A stretch of 64,000 nucleotides of DNA, from contig NW_026867374.1 of assembly GCF_026571515.1 (NCBI RefSeq), positions 62,001 through 126,000 on the forward strand, in the 5' to 3' direction. Below are positions 53,201 through 64,000 of the stretch, piece by piece; the stretch's first letter is position 1, and the number at the start of each line of letters is the position of its first letter. Made by a program: the position numbers and the translations under genes. The notes beneath the pieces are model-generated. The model made no database searches, was not told the DNA's origin, and worked only from the letters and a program-made list of their open reading frames with translations. Origin of the DNA: Ruditapes philippinarum. Lineage: Eukaryota.

Positions 53201-55705
53201 TAGTATGGAATTCTACATAGTCTAAATCTGGTAAAGAACGCATTGATTCAACTATAATATGTTTCTATGTAATTGTAACAATCCCCCGAGAATTGTATCA
53301 CCGTGAATACATGATTATTTACACAATGTTGACAAAGTCTATGTCACTTGGGTCTTTTATAATGACAATGTATAAGATAGATAAAATGTGAATTATTTGT
53401 CATAAATCAGTATCAAATGACACAATGGGGAAAAACAAAACTTGATACAATCATAATACATTTGTGTGATTATGGATATTTGAAAATGAATAAACTGTCC
53501 GGGGGATGAAAATGATACAATGAGGTGATTTTCATATGAATATTTATGAGGCCAGTTGTGACTATGTAAAAAATTAAAAATATGTTTCATAATAAATTTC
53601 TTCCTAAACATTACATGTCAAGAACATATATTGTTTCATAAAGTCATATATTTCACTTTAAGATTTGACGGATCATTTAGACAATAATGTCAAATGGACT
53701 GTAATCTGATATTTTAATATCTTAGAGCATTTAAGAAGGTGGGGAAATATAATATGAATGACAGATTGTAATGAGTGAAATTTAAAAACAATGTTTATAT
53801 TTCGGTCTCCTCTGAACAACGTATTTGTACAATAAGCTTTCATCCAGAAAGAGGGAGAAAGAGAAATATATTGAAGAATGTTGTTCTATATTTCTAAACT
53901 GATAATAGCCCATGAACATGTAGCAGAATAAATATAAATGAAAACCCAAATCTTGGCAGTTAATATATTTAGCTTGTAACGTTGTGCTGTATAATATAGT
54001 CAGACATATTGTAGATCTTTGTAAATCTATAAATGACCCGGACAGTAAACTTGAATCGTTCATCACACCAGTGTTGACATTGGAATGCTATAATTAATAA
54101 GATTCATCGGTGTCTTATATACCAAGAAAACAAGATAATGAGTGTTGGCTCAGTCTTAGGGCCCGTCTTCACCTATCCAAGTCTTGAATGCAAGTATCAT
54201 ATTCTCTTGTATTGGATAGTGTAGACACCCTACTTGAATGAGTTTTAAAGAGAAATTATGTGACATTCAAGAAGATAATTCCTTGCAAGAAAGTTAGAAC
54301 ACGTTCTATTTTTCTACAAGTTTTGGCTGTCAAGACACTGATAACACCGGTTTGACACAAAACATGTGCCCCGAAGGTGTGATAGTGTTGTTCTTTTATT
54401 ATTTTCTGACTTTTCTTGTTACTGATTCAGTGTTCATGATCTGTAAATTTTAATAAATGTATAAAATATCTTGGTCAGAGGATCATATCAATAAACTGAT
54501 ACACCAGAAGAGCAAAAAAAAATAAGTTTTTCAAGTAGTCAAAATAGATTTTAAATGATCTTGTTCATTTAGTGAATAACTTTCATCAAATAAAGAATTT
54601 GCATCAATTTATCAGCTCAAAAAAATATTTTTCTCACATTTTCCATTATTTTATAAGAATGTACACATTTCAATTTCATTTGCTCCATTGTTTTTAGCTA
54701 ATTGCATCATTTTCCCGCTTTTTTATTCACATATTTTACAGAAACATGATAGCATTGCAAAGACAAAGGTATAAATCCTGGACAATCTTAATTAGACATT
54801 CCAGTAAAAATTGTGCCTGATTAAATATTGAAAGGGCCATTTATTTAGCTTATCTAAATGTGACATGTAAGAAACTTGAATAGGTGTAGACACGGCCTTA
54901 TTTGTATTGCTTCAACATCTTGTATCAATTAGCAAGAAAGAATATCGCACAATGTATTAAATATTAAGTCGTAATAATGTTTTTTTCCGCTAGCTTCTCA
55001 TCAGATGCTTATCTTATCAAGACAGTTTAATACTCTATCTTCTCAATGATTCAGGTTTCCTGCAGACTTATTTTTCTCAATTATAAACAATGGTATGACC
55101 TATAAACATAAATATATAATAGCATGATAGTACTTAAACCGAAATAACGATGCGAACATGATGTAATTACCCTCTTCTTTTTACTACTATTACTTTGTCA
55201 AGATTGTTTACAAATAAATCGTGTAACATTGGAAAATTCAATTTTCAATCCAACAACAGGAATATTTTTTTAGGACTGAAATATGACTTTTTAGAATAAA
55301 CAAAGTTATAGTAAAAATAGTTTTTTACTGTTAACTCATTGTTCCATTTCAATAATGATAGTGGGTGAATGAATTTTGTACTTGTATTTGCATCAATTCT
55401 GCATATGCACGAGGACCATATTCGCACGAGGACGTATGTTAGCCCAAACCCGCATTGCAAGGGATTGAAAAAAGAGTCTGAGTGACTTTGCAGATGGTAA
55501 AGTACGGTATGTAATTGCTGGAGTCGTCAATAGGTTTAACTGCAGTCAGCAATTTTTGAGTGGCACCAAGATCTTGCATTTTCAAAATAACGGCGTTATA
55601 GCACGTTTTCTTCTCCATATAAACGTGCATAATTTAAACAAAATACTTGTTTAATCGGTTATTGACAAATTATAGTTGAGTAACATGAACAATTCAACCA
55701 TAATA
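50262..55705 (+). repeat. Complex tandem duplication (blocks X-Y-Y-Z-X-Y-Z)
   Basis: Block Y (aatgttgacaaagt[t/c]tatgtcacttggg...ggtatgacctata) at ~50497, ~51455, ~53325; block X at ~50262 and ~53085; block Z at ~52475 and ~55105. Confidence 0.9.
54159..54897. mobile_element. PIF/Harbinger-type MITE
   Basis: TTA duplication both sides; TIRs gggcccgtcttcacctatccaag / cttgaataggtgtagacacggcc; empty site visible in the sister repeat at ~52251. Confidence 0.8.
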
Positions 55706-57167
55706 TAATTCAAACTAAAAGGGTTAAAATTGTAACCAAAATGGGACATTGTATTATGTTCCAGACCCATAACCCACATAAACAAAATCAATTATCAGGC
55801 AATTGCCCAAATAATATCGTAATCAATGTAGCATCACATCTTGTTGACCTGTGTTCTCTCTTATAGCATTATTTCTGGCATTTCTCTCCATTATCAGCGA
55901 TAAAGCTTAATTATCTGCACATCATAGATAATTGACACACAATAAAAACAATTAGCTTATTGAATGGCTATATAATAACATTTACGCAAGTAAGTATGAG
56001 GTAGAAGTTTCACGTGATTGAGTTGTGTTTAATTATTTTATAGGAAATATAGGAATAACTGATTCGTTACAAAAGTTAAAACATGCATACGTTTCTGATA
56101 AAATGAAATTGCAAAATGATATGAATTGGAAAAAAAATCCCTTAAAGATTTTTGAAATTTCATTAATATGATATTAAATAGACAGACAATGTAACACATA
56201 CACAAAATCGCTATCTGGGTAGGTCGGTTAATTGCACTTATTACTGTCGTTACTTAATTTACCCAAACAAATTAAGCCTTCATAATTTTCAACTTTGCTG
56301 TGTAAGCAAACCTTAAATGTTTTGGTTTTGACTATTGATGTAGGTAGAAAGAGATGTAAAGGCCAACGCCCATTTAATAGTACAATTTGTTCAATTTTCT
56401 TATTTGTATTTTTTTTATCTGTCACTAACATGTATAAGTAGATTATTTAATCTACTATTAATTAAAAATAATTGATAAATAATCGGACGCGTGTTGGCTA
56501 TAAAATCCTTTCTGTTGTTATCGTTGTGTATGCCGCCTTTCTGTTACTGTCCAATAATGAATTACGGACATCGACACCTGACAGTAATGGCATGGCGGAA
56601 CGTTATAATAGTTTATACATTGAGTGGAAATAACCAATAATCTTCTGAGCAATACGGAGTGAAAAGTCTGTGATAAACACTTATGTTTTTGTTCTTATTA
56701 TTCAAATCAGTATCAATTGTACACTTTAGTAGATATTGCATTGCGTCACTTCTGGATTATTATATTCAGCGAGTTGTTTTCTAATATCAAGAAATGATCA
56801 ATAATATTTCCTTTTAAAAACATCTGAGCAGAAATCATTTATTTCTTTCAAAATAAAAAATGATGTATTTTAGCATACCATGATGTTGGAGAAATAAAAG
56901 AAGCTTAATTAAGATAAAAATAGTCATTTTCAATATAATTAACAACAGGGACATTACGGTATTTAATTAACAGATATTTTATTTGCGGACATATAAATTT
57001 TGTTTAAAATGAAAAGTGATATAATTGAAATGAAAATGTGTTGGTGTGTAAATTGGGCATAATTTTGTTGTTAAATATTAACTTGGATGTTTTTCACATT
57101 TTTATGGATGTACCGGAACTATAATAAATTTGGAGTTAAACATTAAACTGCACACAAAAAAACTGAT

Positions 57168-57245
57168 ATGGATATCAAACGGTCAAATTCACCTTTCCAT
57201 GTTAATCATTTAAAGACACGAATACACCTACCAGAACTGTCTGAG
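57168..57245 (+). CDS. Orphan first coding exon V4: MDIKRSNSPFHVNHLKTRIHLPELSE (PY motif lost)
   Basis: gatATGG context, 26 open codons, GAG|gtatgt phase-0 donor; RIHLPELSE aligns with RIPPPTYEE / RHPPPEYTE. Confidence 0.55.
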
Positions 57246-57319
57246 GTATGTAAATGATACGAATTTGTTTTCTTTAAAATGAGCTTACGGTATTAATCAA
57301 AGCCTGCAACATTTCCAAG

Positions 57320-57506
57320 TAGTCCGGACAAACTTTAAAAATAAAAAATATTAAAGGGCCATAACTCTTACAAAAATCTTTGAACCGGAAAATGCTGACA
57401 ATATGCACAACTACACTTGGTACTGATCATTCCTGTAAAGTTTGGATGAAATTGCACCAGTAGTTTATGAGGAGTAGTCCGAACAAGTTTTGTGACGGAC
57501 GGACGG

Positions 57507-57538
<32 letters not shown>

Positions 57539-57586
57539 GAAGTGATCCCTATTTGTCGCCACTACTCCGTAGAGGCGACACAAAAA
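57320..57586 (-). mobile_element. Short Helentron/HINE-like fragment
   Basis: Minus strand starts tttttgtgtcgcctctacggagtagtggcgac, then (GTCT/GTCC)n, then one core unit. Confidence 0.6.
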
Positions 57587-59862
57587 TGACTTCATTTGAC
57601 ACAGGAACAGATAATCAAGTTAATGGTCATCGTTTAGTCTTAGTGACGTTGAATGACTAAAATATAGATCTCGAGTTTTAAAACAAAGACAAAGGTACTA
57701 TCTTAATAGTAAGATAATGGTTTTCATTCAAACAATGCGAGAGATATCCAGTGTATCCCTTTCAGTAAATGACAATAGTAAATAAATGGCACATTTTTGT
57801 GTAAGGTAGACATGTGATTGTAGATACTTGTATGAACGAATATTCCTGCTTTGCCAAATGAACCAAATATTTGTAAATTATGTTATTGGCGAGACGTTGT
57901 GTGATGCCATCCAAATCTGATATTTTCTAGACAGACTTTTAGATAAAGGTTACTAGAAAAATATCTCCTCTTAAAAAGCGAGATAAGTCGTCTATCGATT
58001 CAAAAACTAAAACAAAAACATAATTGAGTTTGATTGAGTCGTCCTAGTCATTGAGAGATTTGTGATTGATTTAAAGGGTGTTGAATATTGAATATATACA
58101 GTCTTACATAAATTAAAGCTGGTTGTAAACTAAATTTAGCCGATAGATCAATCAAACAATTATAGTTATCAGTCCCATCAGTCCTTTTATAGGAATATTT
58201 ATCAAAAATGAAACGAATGAAACAAAACAAAAGCACTTTTAGACATGGTCGCAAGTTATTTCTAGTAGCCCTGCGCATCACAGCTTGTATTAGACATATA
58301 TGTAAAGTAAGCATTTAGCCTTCGTCATAGTGTTGACTACACTATAGAAATGTTTGAACCCCTGATCGAAACATGGTGCGGTTTAAGTAAACGAAAATAG
58401 CACATGCTCAAAATTGGCGATGTACAAAATTATCTTCAAAGACCAAAACACACATCCGACTACCCTTTAACAAATGTTATAGGTTATTTTTGGAAATATA
58501 CAAATGAATTTATGGCATTGAATTGTCTCATTTCATGAAAGATTGGTTGAATATTGTATCTGTAAGTAACTTGTGTGGGGTACCCTGTGTCATAAATCAT
58601 ATGCAATATCCGGATTACCTTACTCCTGCTTAGTATTTTCCATTGGAGTTATTGTATTTTGAATTTTAAATACAGACTAGATGTGATAACCGTTGCATCT
58701 TTCACTATCTGTCATTAATCATTTGATAAAAATCAAACTAAATCTGAATTTTATGCTTGTCTTGTGTCCAAAAGTTGATATCTAAGGATCTAATTATTAC
58801 ACGCAGAAAAGTATATTTCTATTGTAAAAATTAAGAAAATATAAATATACTTCTTTGTTGTATCAATAAAGACTAAAATTATTATTAAGTGTTAAAAGTG
58901 AATCGTGTGTGGATAGATTACTTGCTGTTGGCAATTTACCAAGAAAGGGTCATTTTCCCTGCTCAAAAAGAATGTTAATTGTATGTTCTGTATTTATCTA
59001 TTTTTTGGTAAAGCAATTAAAGTTAGGTTTGCTATGAGAAAACATTTTGTTCTTTTTCCGCATCATGTACTACAATGATATAAGTTTACATGGTATAAAG
59101 TCGGTAAAAACCAGCCAATTGTTAAAAGTAAATGAATAACTGACCTTTAAAAGTAATATTTCAAAGAACTGACAATATCGTTATATTTTGTAAATACACT
59201 GCTGTTAAGCGAACAATGATGGGTAAGAGTTTGATTTTAGATTTGATTTAGGCAGGCAGGATAATGTAAATAGAGATAATTAACCTTTTAAAATGGATAA
59301 GTAAAATTTTCTTTGTATAACAAAGTGATTGACATCTGTTTTAAAATCTATATGTGAATATATTTGTTTGGACGTGATTGGAAAACAAGAAAGTAACCCC
59401 CCCCCCATTCTCCTGTAAACATATTAACTTAAACAATATATTTCGAGACGTTATTAGTCGAGATATATTACGTTCAAGTAGGAAAGCTTTTAATCATTTT
59501 ATAGATGACAAGACATTGAAGGAAATAATACAAAGAAAAATAATAATAATGTCAAATTGTTAATTTATTGTAAAATGTTTCATAAAATGGTAATTCTGTT
59601 AATATAAATTTGTATCCCAATGATACAATTTTGTCGCAACCAGAACTATGACAGTAATATGTGTATTATTTTTGTATTTTATTGCGTCTCGTAAAAGAAA
59701 GGCGTTAAATGTTGATTTCCATTATGCATAGCATTAAAAAAACACACGCACACACAAATGACGACTAAGAGAGGCATTTCATGTAAATGTCATTTGCAAT
59801 CTTGCAAGTACTTTCTCTAGTCTATACGATACCACACAATCAGACAAGCTGTAAAATCTTAG

Positions 59863-61176
59863 TTATGCCTCCACTTCGAAGAAGAGGGGGTATATTGCTT
59901 TGCACTTGTCGGTCCGTCGGTCCGTCGGTCTGTCGGTCCTTCGGTCCGTCGGTCCGTAGACCAAATGGTTTCCGAGTGATAACTAAAGAACCCTTAGGCC
60001 TAGAAACTTCAAACTTGGTATGGTGATTGGTCATGACCAGTACATGACCCCTATTAATTTTGGGGTCAAGGGGTCAAAGGTCAAGGTCACATTGACCTTG
60101 TAGGTAAAAACGGTTTCCGATCAATAACTAAAGAACACTTAGGCCTAGGAACTTTAAACTTGGTATGATGATTGGTCAAGACTAGCAGATGACCCCTGTT
60201 GATTTAGGGGTCAAGTGGTCAAAGGTCAAGGTCACATTGATCTTGTAGGTAAAAACGGTTTCCTATCAATAACTAAAGAACCCTTAGGCCTAGAGACTTC
60301 AAACTTGGTAAGATGATTGGTCATGACCAGCAGATGACCCCTATTGATATTGGGGTCAAGGGGGAAGGTCAAGGTCACATTGACCTTGTAGGTAAAAACG
60401 GTTTCTGATCAATAACTAAAGAACGCTTAGGCCTAGGAATTTCAAACTTGGTATGATGATTGGTCATGACCAGCAGATGACCCTTATTGATTTTGGGGTC
60501 AAAGGTCAAGGTCGCATTGACCTTGTAGGTGAAAACGGTTTCTGATCAATAACTTAAGAACGCTTAGGCCTAGGAACTTCAAACTTGGTATGATGATTGG
60601 TCATGACCAGCAGATGACCCCTATTGATTTTGGGGCCAAGGGGTCAAAGGTCAAGGTCACATTGACCTTGTAGGTAAAAACGGTTTCCGATCAATAACTA
60701 AAGAACCCTTAGGCCTAGGAACTTCAAACTTAGTATGATGATTGGTCATGACCAGTAGATGACCCCTATTGATTTTGGGGTCAAGGGGTCAATGTCATAG
60801 TGACCTTGTACTTAATGACTGTTTCTGAGCAATAACTCAACAACTCAAGTTGTCTTGGTTGATATTTTTATGTGCTTTTGGTATACACATTTGAAGGTCT
60901 TATGTAATATAACAACTTGGCTGTCATTAATGAGGCCTATGTGATTCATAAAATTTATGTATATATTATTTGGTAAGATTTTTAATAACATTAATTGCTG
61001 CACACAACCTATGGGGTCACAATAATTATTACCTTGTGACTAGTCATGACCAGTAGATACTAGATAACCCTTATTAATTGCTTGTTCACTGGGTCAGAAG
61101 TCATGCATAATAACCTGATCACATGACAAATTGGCTGCCGATAGGGGGCATACATGTTTTACAAACATATCTTGTT
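59863..61176 (+). mobile_element. Apparently complete Helentron/HINE-like element with ~6 tandem ~145-bp core repeats
   Basis: 5' ttatgcctcc...gggggtatatt, (GGTC/CGTC) microsatellite, units at ~59966, 60111, 60256, 60399, 60536, 60681, 3' gggggcat + hairpin atgttttacaaacat + cttgtt. Confidence 0.8.
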
Positions 61177-61666
61177 TTGTTTGTGTTTGTTTGGTTTTAC
61201 GGCGCACCAATATAGTTTAGGCCGAAACAGGACAGATGGGTTTGGCTAACCTTGGTTGTTACAAACCTAAACACTAGAGTCTAAACAATCTCACCTGCAG
61301 GAGCTAAGAGATGCATAGACTTCAGTAATTCGAACCCATTTAGCCGCCTCTTACGATCACGCAGGGTATAACGGTCGCAACAATTCTGATGCCTCAACCT
61401 GTAAAGGCAACGTCTTCGCCGCAAAGAGATTGTTAATTCTAAAAAAATGATATCAGAGTATTGAAAAACAAAACAAACAAAAAACTCTGACTTTTATTTT
61501 TGAGTCAAATTAGTACATTTATTTAATTGTCTCTTAGCAACAGATTAAATCGGTTTCAATTTTAAAAACGCAAGACAATTTTTAAAAGTCATCCATCTCC
61601 AGAATCAAAGAATAACTATGAAATGATGATAAAGTAATAATATTGCATGTTAACAAATCCCTTTTG

Positions 61667-62538
61667 TACGGAATGCCGTTAGGGCCATTGCCTATGAATG
61701 TGTTGATCTGAAACGCGATAGTCGATAGTACGATGATGAAAACGCGAAATCACGAAACTACGATGGTGAAAATGCGAAAGCACGATGATGAAAACGCGAA
61801 AGTACGATGATGAAAACGCGACAGTACGATACTACGATGATGAAAGCGCGATAAACTATCGTGTTTTCACCATCGTACTGTCGCGTTTTCACCATCGTAG
61901 TTTCGTTATTTCGCGTTTTCATCATCGTACTGTCGTGTTTTCATCATCGTACTATCGCGTTTTCACCATCGTACTATCGCGTTTTCACCATCGTACTATC
62001 GCGTTTTCATCATCGTACTGTCGTGTTTTCATCATCGTACTATCGCGTTTTCACCATCGTACTGTCGTGATTTCATCATCGTACTATCGCGTTTTCATCA
62101 TCGTACTATCGCGTTTTTACCATCGTAGTTTCGTGATTTCGTGTTTTCACCATCGTACTATCGACTATCGCGTTTCAGATTAACACATTCATAGGCGATG
62201 GCCCTTACGGCATTCCGTAATGCCGTTAGGGCCATCGCCTATGAATGGTTTGATCTGAAACGCGATACTCGACAGTACGATGATGAAAACGCGAAATCAC
62301 GAAACTACGATGGTGAAAACGCGACAGTACGATGGTGAAAACACGATAGTTTATCGCGTTTTCATCATCGTAGTATCGTACTGTCGCGATTTCAACATCG
62401 TACTATCGCGTTTTCATCATCGTGCTTTCGCGTTTTCACCATCGTAGTTTCGTGATTTCGCGTTTTCACCATCGTACTATCGACTATCGCGTTTTAGATC
62501 AACACATTCATAGGCGATGGCCCTAACGGCATTCCGTA
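61667..62538. mobile_element. IS3EU-like foldback MITE present as an inverted dimer
   Basis: Ends TACGGAATGCCG / CGGCATTCCGTA, exact 6-bp duplication CTTTTG both sides, internal TIR junction at ~62219, arms made of ~22-bp repeats. Confidence 0.75.
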
Positions 62539-64000
62539 CTTTTGTGGTATAGTTAACGAACATTCTTTCGAATATGAAAGAGTAAAGCATGTCAAGTCAC
62601 AGATCATTTTCTTTGTTTTGATTTATTTTTAGAATAAAACATTAGAAGTGTAAATCAACAAATTTGAAACAAAATTTCTCCCCAAAAGACAACTTGTTTA
62701 TGTAATGTTTTCAAACCATTGTCCTAATTTCAAAATTATTTCCAGCTGCAATTGCCATATTTTCAAATATCAGGATAGTACTCTAAATATTACAATTCTA
62801 ATTATATGACTGCGTTAAATTCCATTCTTTCATTTTTACAATAAAAGAAAACCACATTTATATTTATTGAAATCAATTATTAAATGCGCATCTTATCGGT
62901 ATGAAATATCACCATTAGCACTGAAACATCATTTAGTACGCACAGATTGTTAACAGCTTCATCTTAACGTACACAATTATGGTATCTTTTTAATCTTAAT
63001 CGTTCACTTCCTCATCAAGGTTTATTTATAGCGAGAAAATCATCAAAATCTTCTTAGATTCATTCAACGAGCTGACTATGATGTGGTTAATATATTATTC
63101 AAGATTCCCCAAAAAAATAAGAATGAACGATAAATTATTTATACCCATCCGCAATTTCATGTAGTTTATATAGTTTATACGTTTTCCTTCACTTATAAAA
63201 GCTGTTTACCATTTTATATTTAATCCCGATCATTGAATAAGTTTTTTTAACTAAAATTTGAATATGTTTTATGTGTTATTTTTATTGCAATGAACAGACT
63301 GAAAAAAGGAATTGTTTGAGTAAAGAATGCATGAAAAAAGTAATCCAGAATAAGGCTTATTAATTATTTACAAAGTCACTGCTACCTAAATAAAGAGGAA
63401 CACCAGCTGCGATGATAAATCACTGTCCCGTAAAAGCAGAAAGTAGCTGAAGTTTGATGACAAAGTTTATATAACACAGGTTTACTGATCATTTCTCGTC
63501 CAATCTCATTTTTATTTTAAGTAATACTATAATAAAACATCATAGTGTTTACGAAAGTAACTTGGCTTCCAACATGTTTTATCCAAACTCCTCCAAAGGT
63601 ATTTGCCACATGCTAATCCCTTGGCACAATATAGTTCACATACTGTTGCGCTTATATTTGAAGTTTTATTGGCAAAAGTTTGTTTGAACCCAAAGTATTC
63701 TTAATTACGGAGTAAATCTTTTTTCTTTGTTTATCTTTTTATCGAAATCTAAAGTAATTTTGTTTAAAACTGAATAACCTAAAATTGATACATTTTGTTC
63801 TTAGCAGTCAATCCTTTGTACACATCGGTTACACAGCTGAATCATCTTTTGCTGTTTGATCAGTAGTAAAATTAAAGTGGTTTCATTTTTTTTTGTATGG
63901 AATTTACAAAGCCATTTTATTTACGTTTTGCTACTTCAATGACATATTCTGTTACACCACTGCTGCTTTTAGTCGCGAAATAACTTTAAGGATGTTCAAA

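Noticed and set aside
50567-54066. Repeated similar minus-strand ORFs in the tandem blocks
   Set aside because: Frames are not preserved between copies (indels, differing starts and stops); the similarity reflects recent DNA duplication only.
55395-55440. GPYSHED|gtatgt resembling a cassette 3' end
   Set aside because: No in-frame ATG after the upstream stop; it comes from a short local duplication (gcacgaggac x2).
61785-62183. Repetitive 132-aa ORF, and CRISPR-like periodicity
   Set aside because: These are ~22-bp tandem repeats in MITE arms with no unique spacers, in a eukaryotic context with no cas genes.

Overview
AT-rich, intron-containing animal genomic DNA. The SINE, MITE and Helentron-like repeat content suggests a bivalve mollusc (inference). 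Almost all entries in the supplied ORF track are spurious or exon fragments. Manual splicing (GT-AG, phases checked) gives two tandem paralogous + strand genes. Gene A (2860-12185, 11 coding exons, 484 aa) is intact. Gene B (20517-27126, 10 coding exons) has one exon damaged by small deletions. Both encode an uncharacterised protein with an N-terminal PPxY motif on its own first coding exon, four ~100-aa internal repeats and a C-terminal CaaL prenylation box (CNIL / CLIL). After gene B, ~30 kb holds four more copies of only the first coding exon (33694, 38126, 45890, 57168). Each is ATG + 25-30 codons + E|GT phase-0 donor, and I found no body exons between them. Two keep the PPxY motif and two have lost it, and at least two share a duplicated upstream module. 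This looks like a variable-first-exon array feeding a third paralog beyond the window, the most interesting system here. The rest is transposons (SINEs, Helentron/HINE-like, piggyBac-, Kolobok-, Harbinger-, EnSpm/CMC- and IS3EU-like elements), two local tandem triplications, simple repeats and two N gaps.
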